Assembly (NCBI GenBank): GCA_017860085.1
Contig: JAFNAJ010000001.1
Span: forward strand, 1-37,501
Reading direction: 5' to 3'
From: Acidobacteriota bacterium
GTDB lineage: Bacteria; Acidobacteriota; Vicinamibacteria; Vicinamibacterales; JAFNAJ01
Length of the DNA stretch: 37,501 nucleotides
Position 1 is the first letter of the stretch; the number at the start of each line of letters is the position of its first letter. A program made the position numbers and the translations under genes. The notes beneath the pieces are model-generated. The model was not told the origin of the DNA. It worked only from the letters and a program-made list of their open reading frames with translations, and did no database searches. Positions 28,360-37,451 of this stretch are shown in pieces.

Positions 28360-29036
28360 GCATTCGCATGGCGCCATCCATCCTTGCGGCCGACTTCGCC
28401 GCCCTGGGTGCGGCAGTCGCGGAGGCCGAGCGCGGCGGGGCCGACCTCATCCACGTGGATGTGATGGACGGGCACTTCGTGCCGAACATCACGGTCGGCC
28501 CACCGGTGGTGCGAGCACTCCACCGCGTCGCAAAGGTGCCGCTCGACGTGCACCTGATGATCGCCAGTCCCGACCGTTACCTCGACGCCTTCATCGATGC
28601 GGGCGCCGCGATGCTGTCGGTGCACGTCGAGGCGTTGCCGCACCTTCAACGAGCGATTGCTTACATCAAGAGCCGTGGCGTCCAGGCAGGCGTCGCCCTC
28701 AACCCGTCGACGCCTGCGGTAGCCCTCGAGGAGATCGCCGGCGACGTCGACTTCGTCCTCGTCATGTCGGTCAACCCGGGGTTTGGTGGCCAGACTTTTC
28801 TGCCGCGCAGCGAGTCGAAGATCAGGGCGGTGCGTCGCCTGCTGGACCAGGCGGGCAACCACGCCCCGATCGAGGTCGACGGCGGCGTCGACCTCACCAC
28901 TGTTCATGGGATCGCCGCGGCCGGCGCCGAGATCATCGTTGCTGGGCAGGCGATCTTCGGCAGCCCAGACCCCCCGGGCATGGTCAGGGCATTGCGCGAG
29001 GCCGCCGAAGCCGCTCGCGCCGCCGGACCCCGGTGA
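28356..29036 (+). CDS. rpe: Ribulose-phosphate 3-epimerase
   Basis: APSILAADF, IHVDVMDGHFVPN, DVHLMI, VMSVNPGFGGQ, EVDGGV. Confidence 0.97.
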   Translation: MSIRMAPSILAADFAALGAAVAEAERGGADLIHVDVMDGHFVPNITVGPPVVRALHRVAKVPLDVHLMIASPDRYLDAFIDAGAAMLSVHVEALPHLQRAIAYIKSRGVQAGVALNPSTPAVALEEIAGDVDFVLVMSVNPGFGGQTFLPRSESKIRAVRRLLDQAGNHAPIEVDGGVDLTTVHGIAAAGAEIIVAGQAIFGSPDPPGMVRALREAAEAARAAGPR

Positions 29037-29052
29037 GCTTCCGCGACGTCCC

Positions 29053-29451
29053 GTGCCTCCAGCCTCCAACCGCCTCCGTGTGCGATACGCCGAGACCGAC
29101 ACGATGGGCGTCGTGTACTACGCGAACTACCTCGTCTGGTTCGAGGTGGGACGCGCCGAGTGGCTCCGGGTGCGCGGGCACACTTACCGAGGGCTCGAGG
29201 CAGAAGGCATCGGCCTGCCGGTCGTGGAAGCCGCGTGCCAGTATCATGTTCCAGGGCGTTACGACGACGAGCTCGAGGTCAGGACCGAGGGGCGACTCCT
29301 CTCGGCTGCGCGCGTGCGGTTCAACTATGAGGTCGTGCGGGTGGCCGACGCGGTCGTGCTCGCCACCGGGCACACGGTGCACGCGGTGCTGAACAACCAG
29401 ACCGGTCGGCCATGTCGGCTCCCCGTGGAGATCAGGACACTGTTCCAATGA
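29053..29451 (+). CDS. Acyl-CoA thioesterase (YbgC/FcbC hot-dog family)
   Basis: RVRYAETDTMGVVYYANYLVWFEVGR; GTG start at 29053 inferred. Confidence 0.88.
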   Translation: MPPASNRLRVRYAETDTMGVVYYANYLVWFEVGRAEWLRVRGHTYRGLEAEGIGLPVVEAACQYHVPGRYDDELEVRTEGRLLSAARVRFNYEVVRVADAVVLATGHTVHAVLNNQTGRPCRLPVEIRTLFQ

Positions 29452-30395
29452 AGGCACTCGTCACCGGCGCCGCCGGGTTCATCGGTTCGACGCTCGCAGA
29501 GACGCTGCTCGCACGGGGAGCGGACGTCGTGGGTCTCGACTGCTTCACCGACTACTACCCGCGGGCGAACAAAGAGGCCAACCTGGCGGGTGCTCGTGCC
29601 CACCCTCGCTACACGTTCGTCGAGGACGCCGTGCAGTCGGCCGACCTGGCTCAATTGCTCGACGGGGTGACGCACGTGTTCCACCTGGCGGCCCAGGCCG
29701 GCGTACGCAAGAGTTGGGGCCGCGACTTCTCGACCTATACGAGCAACAACATCGAGGCCACCCAGGTCCTGCTCGAAGCGTGCGTCAGGCGACCGATTAC
29801 CCGCTTCGTCTACGCGTCGAGTTCCTCGGTGTACGGGGACGGGGTGCCAATCCCGATGCGCGAGGATGCGCTGCCCCAGCCGGTGTCTCCGTACGGCGTT
29901 TCCAAGCTCGCTGCCGAGCAACTCTGTTATCTCTACTTCGTCAACTACAGCGTGCCGACGGTCTCGTTGCGCTACTTCACGGTCTACGGTCCGCGCCAGC
30001 GTCCCGACATGGGATTCCACCGGTTCCTGAAAGCCGCGCACGGGGGGCTGCCCATCACCCTCTACGGAGACGGCGAGCAGACCCGCGACTTCACCTTCGT
30101 CGCTGACGCGGTCAGGGCGACGGCCGACGCGGGCACGGCGGGCGTTCCCGGCCGTGTCTACAACATCGGCGGCGGATCGCGCGTGACGGTCAACCACGTG
30201 CTCGGTATCATCGGCCAGTTGGTTCCGCGGCCCTTGGACATCCGCCGCGAAGCCCCTCAGAAGGGCGACATGCACGACACCTATGCCGATACGGCCCTGG
30301 CGCGGGCCGATCTCGGGTTCAGACCGCAGGCGACCCTCGAGGACGGCTTGCGGGCAGAGTACGAATGGCTGACTTCATCCTTCGGGCTGCGGTAG
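29448..30395 (+). CDS. NAD-dependent nucleotide-sugar epimerase/dehydratase
   Basis: MKALVTGAAGFIGS, HLAAQAGVR, ASSSSVYG, SPYGVSK, RYFTVYGPRQRPDM. Confidence 0.92.
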   Translation: MKALVTGAAGFIGSTLAETLLARGADVVGLDCFTDYYPRANKEANLAGARAHPRYTFVEDAVQSADLAQLLDGVTHVFHLAAQAGVRKSWGRDFSTYTSNNIEATQVLLEACVRRPITRFVYASSSSVYGDGVPIPMREDALPQPVSPYGVSKLAAEQLCYLYFVNYSVPTVSLRYFTVYGPRQRPDMGFHRFLKAAHGGLPITLYGDGEQTRDFTFVADAVRATADAGTAGVPGRVYNIGGGSRVTVNHVLGIIGQLVPRPLDIRREAPQKGDMHDTYADTALARADLGFRPQATLEDGLRAEYEWLTSSFGLR

Positions 30396-31249
30396 GGAGA
30401 CGGGCCTCGTCGCCCGGGCTCGAGACAGTTCGCCGTCACCGGGCGGTCACGTTTCTCCTGACATTCGTGTTTTGTTCGCTTCTGGCCTCGTGCGCCGGCA
30501 GGAAGGTCGACCTCTCGGCCGGACAGGGCGAGGCGGACAAGGTGCTGTTCGAACGTGGCTCGCTGTCGGTCGAGGACCGTAAGTGGTTGACGGCTCGGGA
30601 GTACTTTCGACAGATCGTCGACGGGTACCCGCAGAGCGCGTTCAGGGCCGACGCGAAACTCGGCCTGGCCGACACCTACTTCGGCGAGAACACGACCGCG
30701 GCGTATGTGCTGGCGATCAACGAGTACCGGGAGTTCCTGACGTTTTACCCGACGCACCCTCGTGCCGATTATGCTCAGTACAAGCTCGCGATGTGCCACG
30801 TCAAGCAGATGGCCAAGCCCGAGCGAGACCAGAGCGAAACGAAAGAAGCCTTGAAGGAGTTCGCGGCGTTCTTCGAGCGGTTTCCGAACAGCGCGCTCGC
30901 CGCTGAAGTTCGCGCGCGTCAACGCGATGCGCGCGATCGTCTCAGCCAGTCGGAGTACCGGGTCGGGCTGTTCTACTACCGTGCCCGATGGTATCCCGGC
31001 GCCATCGATCGGCTCAGGTCGCTGCTCAAGGACGATCCCGAATACACCTATCGCGACGCCGTCTATTTCCACCTGGCCGAATCGCTGGTCAAGACAGGTC
31101 GACCCGCCGAGGCACTCCCCTACTTCCAGAGGATCCTCGACGAGTTCGCCACGAGCGAGTACCTCGAACAGGCGCGCCTGCGCCTGCAGGAACTGAAGCC
31201 GGCCGAAGGCTCCGCAGTGTTGTCAGGCTCCCCGGCCACCCGAGACTGA
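30365..31249 (+). CDS. bamD: Outer membrane protein assembly lipoprotein BamD
   Basis: Lipobox LASC, TPR helices, FLTFYPTHPRADYAQY, PERDQSET, FPNS, EYRVGLFYY. Start uncertain. Confidence 0.87.
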   Translation: MADFILRAAVGRRASSPGLETVRRHRAVTFLLTFVFCSLLASCAGRKVDLSAGQGEADKVLFERGSLSVEDRKWLTAREYFRQIVDGYPQSAFRADAKLGLADTYFGENTTAAYVLAINEYREFLTFYPTHPRADYAQYKLAMCHVKQMAKPERDQSETKEALKEFAAFFERFPNSALAAEVRARQRDARDRLSQSEYRVGLFYYRARWYPGAIDRLRSLLKDDPEYTYRDAVYFHLAESLVKTGRPAEALPYFQRILDEFATSEYLEQARLRLQELKPAEGSAVLSGSPATRD

Positions 31250-31264
31250 CAGACGGGAGGACCC

Positions 31265-32116
31265 ATGCATCGCCTTGTCATGCCTGCACCGCTTGGACCC
31301 GTGGCCGTCGCCGCTCTGCTCACGGTCGGGAGCGCCACGCACGCGTCGGCCCAGAGTGCCGTCGCGCCCCTCTCGCCCGAAGCGCTGTCGCTCGTGTGCG
31401 CCGCCCGTCTGGCGCCTCCACCTGCCGAACCAGCCTTGCGGGTCGTGGGGAGCCGAGACACCGCACCGAGGGAGGTCTTTGGCCCGGCGGACGTCGTGGT
31501 CCTGTCGGGAGGGGACGTCGCGGCTCTGACGCCCGGCCAACAGTACGTCGTGCGGCGCCGCTTCCGGGCCCGGGTCTACGAGCGCTACAACGAGTGGCTG
31601 CAGTCGGCCGTCCATACGTCCGGCTGGGTACGCGTCGACAGCCTGCAGGGCGGTCGGGCCCTGGCCACGGTCGTCTGGGCGTGCGACGGCCTGCGCGCGG
31701 GCGACTACCTCGAGCCCTTCCAACCGCCGGTGGTTCCCGACGCGCTCGCTGAAGGCACGCCCGACTTCGCGGGCGCAGGGCGCGTGCTGTTCGACAACGA
31801 CGAACGCCGCCTCGCCTCACCCTGGAAGCTCGTCCTGGTGGAGCGCCGCGAGGGCGCGAGCGTGGCCCCAGGGCAGCGCGTCACCTTCTTCCGGCGTCTG
31901 TACGGCGACGATGGGCCCGTCTCGCCGCTTGGGGATGGCACCGTCATGGAGGTCTTGCCGACAGCGCTGATCGTGAGGGTCGACTCGGCGCGCGACGCCC
32001 CGCAGTACGCCGGCGAGTTCGCCACGCGGGCACGGGTGTCCTCGGTGAGCGACGTGCCGCGTGAAGACCGCCCCCGCGAGACGGACGATTTCGCCGCTCT
32101 GCACGTCCCCCGCTGA
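31265..32116 (+). CDS. Hypothetical exported protein
   Basis: GGGAGG RBS, signal peptide ending ASAQ, two similar beta-rich modules. No function assignable. Confidence 0.7.
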   Translation: MHRLVMPAPLGPVAVAALLTVGSATHASAQSAVAPLSPEALSLVCAARLAPPPAEPALRVVGSRDTAPREVFGPADVVVLSGGDVAALTPGQQYVVRRRFRARVYERYNEWLQSAVHTSGWVRVDSLQGGRALATVVWACDGLRAGDYLEPFQPPVVPDALAEGTPDFAGAGRVLFDNDERRLASPWKLVLVERREGASVAPGQRVTFFRRLYGDDGPVSPLGDGTVMEVLPTALIVRVDSARDAPQYAGEFATRARVSSVSDVPREDRPRETDDFAALHVPR

Positions 32117-32144
32117 CGTCAGCGGACGGGTCGCGCTCGACTTC

Positions 32145-32735
32145 CTACTTCCGCGAAGACTGGCCGGCCGCCGCGGATGCGGCGCCGGCCATCGCCTGTG
32201 CGAAGTGTCGGTAGTAGTCGAAGGCCGACACCAGGGCGAGTGCCACCACCACCCAGAGTGCAGCCTGACCCAGCAGGAACAGCTCGCGAACCGTGACGTG
32301 GCCGACGAGCAGCAGCAGAACCGCAGCCACCTCGGCCGCCATCTTGGCCTTCCCCAGCCCTGAGGCCGCGAGCGTCACACCTCTCGCCTGGGCCACGCCC
32401 CGAAGCCCTGTCACGGCGAGCTCGCGTCCGATGATCACGGCGGCCATCCAGGCAGGGGCCAAGCCGATCTGGACGAGCGACACGAGCGCCGCCGTCACCA
32501 GCAGCTTGTCGGCCAGCGGGTCGAGCAACTGACCCAGCGTGGTCACCTGCTGGCGCCGCCGCGCGAGATACCCGTCGAGCCAGTCCGTGATCGAGGCGAC
32601 GGCGAAGATGATCGCCCCGACGAGCTCCTCGCGAATCCCGAAGATGAGCCGCCCTTCGAACTTCGTCAGGAGCACGACGACGAGGAGAGGCACGAGGAAG
32701 ATGCGCCCGAGGGTCAGGGCATTGGGCAGGTTCAT
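32145..32735 (-). CDS. pgsA: CDP-diacylglycerol--glycerol-3-phosphate 3-phosphatidyltransferase
   Basis: MNLPNALTLGRI, TDWLDGYLARRRQQVTTLGQLLDPLADKLLV, IIGRELAVTGLR, GKAKM. Confidence 0.94.
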   Translation of the reverse strand: MNLPNALTLGRIFLVPLLVVVLLTKFEGRLIFGIREELVGAIIFAVASITDWLDGYLARRRQQVTTLGQLLDPLADKLLVTAALVSLVQIGLAPAWMAAVIIGRELAVTGLRGVAQARGVTLAASGLGKAKMAAEVAAVLLLLVGHVTVRELFLLGQAALWVVVALALVSAFDYYRHFAQAMAGAASAAAGQSSRK

Positions 32736-32827
32736 TGGAGCGGGTGCCGCGCTCGGGCGGGGTCATTGTAACCCGCGGGTCCGCGGCTGGCTACAGGGTC
32801 CGACTCCATGTATCATTGCGGGTTGTC

Positions 32828-33883
32828 ATGAAAGCAATCCTCCTGGCAGGCGGGAAAGGCACGCGCCTGCGTCCCCTGACCCTCCACACGCCCAAGCCCA
32901 TCGTGCCGATCATCGATCGGCCGTTTCTGCATTACCAGATCGACCTGCTGCACCAGGTGCCCGAGATCGACGAGGTGATCCTGAGCCTCAACTACCAGCC
33001 GCGGCGCATCGAGGAGATCTTTGGCGACGGCACGAGCCGCGGCATCCGCATCCGGTATGTGGTCGAGCCGGCGCCCCTGGGCACGGCCGGTGCCGTCAAG
33101 TTCGCCGAGCGGTTCCTCGACGACTCCGTGGTGGTCTTCAACGGCGACGTCCTGACGCAGGTCGACCTGGGCGCCATCGTTCGCCTGCACCGCGAGCGTA
33201 AGGCCAAGGCCACCATCGTCCTCACGCCGGTGGAGAACCCGACCGCCTATGGCCTGGTCGAGACAGACCACGACGGCAACGTGACGCGGTTCCTCGAGAA
33301 GCCCTCCCCGGACGAGATCACCTGCGACACGATCAACGCCGGCATCTATGTACTTGAGCCCGACACGTTCGACCGCATTCCCAAGGACACGGCCTGGTCG
33401 ATCGAGCGCAGCTACTTTCCCTCGCTCATCGAGCGAGGCGAGACGTTCGTGGCCTACATCGAGCGCGGCTACTGGATCGACATCGGGACGCCCACGAAGT
33501 ACATGCAGGCGCATCGCGACATCATGGACGGGCATTTCGCGATCCCGATGTTCAGCAGCGGCCCGGCCGTCGTGGCCGCGGCCGACGGCGCCAGCATCGA
33601 CGCTGAGGCCGAGATCGTGGGCCCGTGCTTCATCGACGAGGGCGTGCACGTGAAGAAGGGCGCCCGGGTGGGCCCGTACTCGGTGCTGGGACGTCATGTC
33701 CGCGTCGAGGAAGGTGCACGCATCGAGGGCTCCCTCGTGTGGGCAGGCACCTGGGTCGGGCGTGACGCTTCGGTACGGAACGCGATCCTGGGCCGCAATT
33801 GCCATCTGGGCCGCGCCGCTGTCGTCGGCGACGGCCGGGTCCTCGGCGACAAGAGCGTGCTCACCGACTACAGCCAACTGTAA
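32828..33883 (+). CDS. NDP-sugar pyrophosphorylase (mannose-1-phosphate guanylyltransferase-like)
   Basis: MKAILLAGGKGTRLRPLT..PKP, EPAPLGTAG, FNGD, FLEKP, INAGIY, WIDIGTP, C-terminal hexapeptide repeats. Confidence 0.9.
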   Translation: MKAILLAGGKGTRLRPLTLHTPKPIVPIIDRPFLHYQIDLLHQVPEIDEVILSLNYQPRRIEEIFGDGTSRGIRIRYVVEPAPLGTAGAVKFAERFLDDSVVVFNGDVLTQVDLGAIVRLHRERKAKATIVLTPVENPTAYGLVETDHDGNVTRFLEKPSPDEITCDTINAGIYVLEPDTFDRIPKDTAWSIERSYFPSLIERGETFVAYIERGYWIDIGTPTKYMQAHRDIMDGHFAIPMFSSGPAVVAAADGASIDAEAEIVGPCFIDEGVHVKKGARVGPYSVLGRHVRVEEGARIEGSLVWAGTWVGRDASVRNAILGRNCHLGRAAVVGDGRVLGDKSVLTDYSQL

Positions 33884-33908
33884 CCCCGCATCCCGGAGCA
33901 CTCACCCC

Positions 33909-35267
33909 ATGGCGTCCGTCAATCCAGGAATCTTCAAGGCCTACGACATTCGCGGCATCTACCCCACCGAGATCAACGAGGACGTCGCGCGGCTTGCGGG
34001 GCGTGCCTTCGTCGCCTACCTCGGGGCCAGGCGGATCGCGGTCTCGCGCGACATGCGGCTCTCGTCGCCGTCGGTGGCTGCCGCGTTCATCGACGGTGCC
34101 CGCGAGCAAGGGGCCGACGTCGTCGACTACGGGATGCTCGGCACCGACATGATGTACTTCGCGGTCTGCCGCGACGGCCTCGATGGCGGCGCCCAGATCA
34201 CGGCGTCGCACAATCCGAAGGAGTACAACGGCATGAAACTGGTGCGGCGCGAGGCGTTTCCGTTGAGCGGCGACGCCGGCATCAGCGACATGCGCGAGAT
34301 GATCCTGGGCGACAGCATCCCGGCGCCGTCGGGTCGTCGGGGATCGCTGCGCCAGGCCGACGTCACGGCCGACTACGTCGAGCGCATGCTCTCGTTCATC
34401 GACGTGTCGGCCATCCGTCCCTTCCGGACGGTGCTGGACGCCGGCAGCGGCATGGCTGGGGCGGTCGCGCCGGCCATCTTCGACAGGCTGCCTTGCCAGA
34501 CGACCCGCCTCTGCTTCGACGTCGATGGCACGTTTCCCAACCACGAGGCCAACCCCCTCATCGAGGAGAACCGGCGCGACATCGTCGAGCGGGTCGTGGC
34601 CGAGCGCGCCGACATCGGCATCGCCTGGGACGGCGACGCCGACCGGTGCTTCTTCATCGACGGCGGTGGCGAGTTCGTTGCCGGCGACTTCGTCACGGCG
34701 CTGCTGGCCGAGGCCTTCCTGATCAAGACCCCCGGGGCGAAGATCGTGTACGACGTCCGCGCCAGCTACGCCGTCAAGGACACGGTGGCCGCCTACGGCG
34801 GAACCGCCCTGATGAACCGCGTGGGCCACGCCTTCTTCAAGAAGCGCATGCGCGAGGACGACGCCGTGTTCGGCGGTGAGGTCACGGGTCACTACTACTT
34901 CCGCGACTTCTACTTCGCCGACAACGGCTTCATCCCGGCGCTTCTGATTCTCGAGTTGATGTCGAAGAAGGGGCAGACGCTGGCCGAGCTGCTGGCGCCG
35001 CTGCGCGAGCGCTACTTCATCTCAGGGGAGATCAACACCAAGGTCGCCAGCATGGCCGAGGTCGACCGGAAACTCGACGGCCTGGCGCGCCGCTACGCCG
35101 ACGGCCACGTCTACCGGATGGACGGGGTGTCGGTCGAGTACCCGGACTGGCACTTCAACGTGCGGCCCTCGAACACCGAGCCCTTGCTGCGGCTCAACCT
35201 CGAGGGGGCGACACCGGACGTGATGGCCGCCCGGCGAGACGACGTCGTCGCGTTCATCCGATCGTGA
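33909..35267 (+). CDS. Phosphomannomutase/phosphoglucomutase
   Basis: IFKAYDIRG, ITASHNPKEYNG, WDGDADR, GEVTGHYY, VRPSNTEPLLR. Confidence 0.95.
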   Translation: MASVNPGIFKAYDIRGIYPTEINEDVARLAGRAFVAYLGARRIAVSRDMRLSSPSVAAAFIDGAREQGADVVDYGMLGTDMMYFAVCRDGLDGGAQITASHNPKEYNGMKLVRREAFPLSGDAGISDMREMILGDSIPAPSGRRGSLRQADVTADYVERMLSFIDVSAIRPFRTVLDAGSGMAGAVAPAIFDRLPCQTTRLCFDVDGTFPNHEANPLIEENRRDIVERVVAERADIGIAWDGDADRCFFIDGGGEFVAGDFVTALLAEAFLIKTPGAKIVYDVRASYAVKDTVAAYGGTALMNRVGHAFFKKRMREDDAVFGGEVTGHYYFRDFYFADNGFIPALLILELMSKKGQTLAELLAPLRERYFISGEINTKVASMAEVDRKLDGLARRYADGHVYRMDGVSVEYPDWHFNVRPSNTEPLLRLNLEGATPDVMAARRDDVVAFIRS

Positions 35268-35402
35268 GCCCCCGGGCAGGCCCAGTACGCGCCGACACAC
35301 CCCGTCGCCTTCCACCCGGGACGACGACGGGGCAAGTACCCGGCTCATGCTAGACTACTGGGCTTGCGGGGCCGCCCGACGGGCGGTCCGTCCGCGCCGA
35401 TC

Positions 35403-35476
35403 GCGGGCTTAGCATAGTGGTAATGCTCTGGCTTCCCAAGCCAGCTAGACGGGTTCGATTCCCGTAGCCCGCTCCA
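35403..35476 (+). tRNA. tRNA-Gly (anticodon CCC)
   Basis: Acceptor GCGGGCT/AGCCCGC, D-arm GCAT/ATGC, anticodon arm CTGGC-TTCCCAA-GCCAG, T-arm ACGGG-TTCGATT-CCCGT, discriminator T plus encoded CCA. TGcTAGACT candidate extended -10 at 35348-35356. Confidence 0.96.
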
Positions 35477-35792
35477 CCTTCTTGCTGATGGTGGTCTTCC
35501 CTGCCGGTGCCGCCGACGGCCCGGCGCCCTTGCGCCAGGCGATCAATTCCGCCTCGGCTGCCAGCCAGTCCTCCATCGCGTTGCCCGGCGCGAAGCCGCG
35601 CTCCATGGCGCGGAAGTACGCCCTCACGGCGATCTCCTCCGCCGTGGGCCGAAGGAACGCTGCTGCCTTTGCCGCGCGCGGAGCCCGCGGCTTGGCCACC
35701 TTGGGTGCCCCCGCCGCGGCCTTCTTGGCCGGCGCCGCCACTTTCTTCACATCTGCCGTTGGGTCCGCTTGCTTGATGGTTCGCTTTGCCAT
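35445..35792 (-). CDS. DUF2934-like small protein with Lys/Ala-rich N-terminus
   Basis: EEIAVRAYFRAMERGFAPGNAMEDWLAAEAEL matches the DUF2934 pattern (I..RAY...DW..AE.EL); AAGGAG upstream; last 10 codons and stop overlap the tRNA antisense. Confidence 0.8.
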   Translation of the reverse strand: MAKRTIKQADPTADVKKVAAPAKKAAAGAPKVAKPRAPRAAKAAAFLRPTAEEIAVRAYFRAMERGFAPGNAMEDWLAAEAELIAWRKGAGPSAAPAGKTTISKKVERATGIEPV

Positions 35793-35897
35793 TGCTACAG
35801 TTCTTCACTCCTTCTTCACGCGCGGTTCCACCGCTACGAACGTACCAGCATAGCAGACACGCCCCCATCCCGCACGCCGCGCCGCTATAATCGCCCA

Positions 35898-36617
35898 ATG
35901 GGCACCGGCCCGAACTTCCCCCGCGGCGCGGTGACGTTCCTGCGAACACTCGCGCGGCACAACGATCGTGAGTGGTTCAGGGCCCACCGCGACGACTACG
36001 ACCGGCTCCTGCGCAGCCCGCTCGAGGCGATCGTGAACCAACTCGACCTCGATTTCCGCAGTTTCGCCCCGGAGTTGGTCGCCTCGCCCGCTGCCTCGAT
36101 CTATCGTATCTGGCGCGACACGCGGTTCAGCGACGACAAGTCGCCCCTCAAGACCCACGTGGCGGCCGTCTTTCCCCGGCGCGGCCTCCCCAAGCACCAG
36201 GGCGCAGGGCTCTACCTGGAGGTCGGCACTCGCGAGGTCCTGCTCGGCGGCGGCATCTACGCGCCGCGCACCAGCGAGATCCACGCCATCCGGCGCCACA
36301 TCGCCGCCAACTTCGGCCGGTTCCGCTCCATCATCGAGTCCCCGGGTTTCCGGCGAGCCGTTGGGCCCGTGCAGGGTGAGCGTCTGGCGCGGCTGCCGCG
36401 GGGCTTTCCGACGGAGCATCCCGCTGGCGAGTACCTTCGCCTCAAGCAGGTGCTCGCGTGGCGGGAGTATCCCGCTGGCCTGGCGTCGTCGCCCTCGTTC
36501 TACTCGACCGTGCTCCGGGTCTTCCGGGCCATGGCTCCATTGACGACGTTCTTGAACGAACCGCTGCGGCCATCGCTGCCGGATACTCGGGCGACCGACC
36601 GGTTCGGTCGGTCGTGA
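35898..36617 (+). CDS. DUF2461 (TIGR02453) family protein
   Basis: FLRTLARHNDREWFRAHR, IYRIWRDTRFSDDKSPLK, GGGIY, LPRGF..HP. TATAAT 6 nt before ATG 35898. Confidence 0.88.
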   Translation: MGTGPNFPRGAVTFLRTLARHNDREWFRAHRDDYDRLLRSPLEAIVNQLDLDFRSFAPELVASPAASIYRIWRDTRFSDDKSPLKTHVAAVFPRRGLPKHQGAGLYLEVGTREVLLGGGIYAPRTSEIHAIRRHIAANFGRFRSIIESPGFRRAVGPVQGERLARLPRGFPTEHPAGEYLRLKQVLAWREYPAGLASSPSFYSTVLRVFRAMAPLTTFLNEPLRPSLPDTRATDRFGRS

Positions 36618-36668
36618 CCGACGTCGCGTGAGCCGCCGGGCCTCCGCCCCCGAGGAGGAGAGACGACC

Positions 36669-37427
36669 GTGGGTGAGATCGACCGCGCCCTCGAGGGGCT
36701 GGCGCGTCGCATTGGCGCTGGCGCAACCGTCACCGTGCTGACCGGGGCCGGGGTGTCGGCAGCCAGCGGCGTGCCCACGTTCCGTGGGGCGGATGGGCTG
36801 TGGCGTCAGCATCGTGCCGAGGACTTGGCCACCCCGGACGCCTTTGCACGGAATCCCCAGCTCGTCTGGGCCTGGTACGCGTGGCGCCGCGAGCGCATCG
36901 CCGCCTGTCAGCCCAACAGGACGCATCAGGTGCTTGCGGCCTGGAAGGCTCGCGACCACACGCTCTCGGTGGTCACACAGAACGTGGACGGACTGCACGA
37001 GCGGGCCGGGCTCGCTGACCTCGTGCGATTGCACGGGTCGATCTGGCACCTTCGGTGCTGGGCCTCGTGCCCGACGTCACCGGTACGGTGGCGCGACGAC
37101 CGTGTCCCGCTGCCCGAGATTCCTCCGCACTGCCCTCACTGTCATGGGCTCGCCCGTCCCGACGTTGTGTGGTTCGGCGAGCCGCTCGACCCCGCGGTTC
37201 TGGACGCTGCGTCGCGCGCGGCCGCCTCTGACATCTTCGTTTCCGCCGGCACGTCATCGCTCGTCTACCCGGCGGCGTCGTTTCTCCCCGTGGCACGCGC
37301 TCGCGGAGCCTACACGGTCGAGGTCAACATCGACGACACGCCGGCGAGCGACACGGTCGACCTCGTGCTGCGCGAGCGCGCCGAGGTGGTCTTCGATCGT
37401 CTCGAGCAGCTGCTCGGGGCGCGGTAG
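36669..37427 (+). CDS. cobB: NAD-dependent protein deacylase (sirtuin, class III)
   Basis: TGAGVSAASGVPTFRG, TQNVDGLHERAG, LHGS, Zn-binding Cys pairs, RPDVVWFGE, GTSSLVYPA; GAGGAG RBS. Confidence 0.93.
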   Translation: MGEIDRALEGLARRIGAGATVTVLTGAGVSAASGVPTFRGADGLWRQHRAEDLATPDAFARNPQLVWAWYAWRRERIAACQPNRTHQVLAAWKARDHTLSVVTQNVDGLHERAGLADLVRLHGSIWHLRCWASCPTSPVRWRDDRVPLPEIPPHCPHCHGLARPDVVWFGEPLDPAVLDAASRAAASDIFVSAGTSSLVYPAASFLPVARARGAYTVEVNIDDTPASDTVDLVLRERAEVVFDRLEQLLGAR

Positions 37428-37451
37428 ACGGACACGCGCCGTTTGGCAGCA

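Noticed and set aside
30365-30493. Unusually long BamD signal region (lipobox Cys43) overlapping the epimerase end
   Set aside because: Probably start-site uncertainty; cannot be resolved from sequence alone.
32110-32125. Perfect 16-bp palindrome CCGCTGACGTCAGCGG between convergent genes
   Set aside because: No loop or U-tract and single occurrence; may aid termination but is not supportable.
35477-37427. Genomic island or prophage downstream of tRNA-Gly; sirtuin as a defence (Sir2/Thoeris-like) gene
   Set aside because: No integrase or att duplicate in the window, and the sirtuin is a standard CobB-type deacylase with no defence partners.
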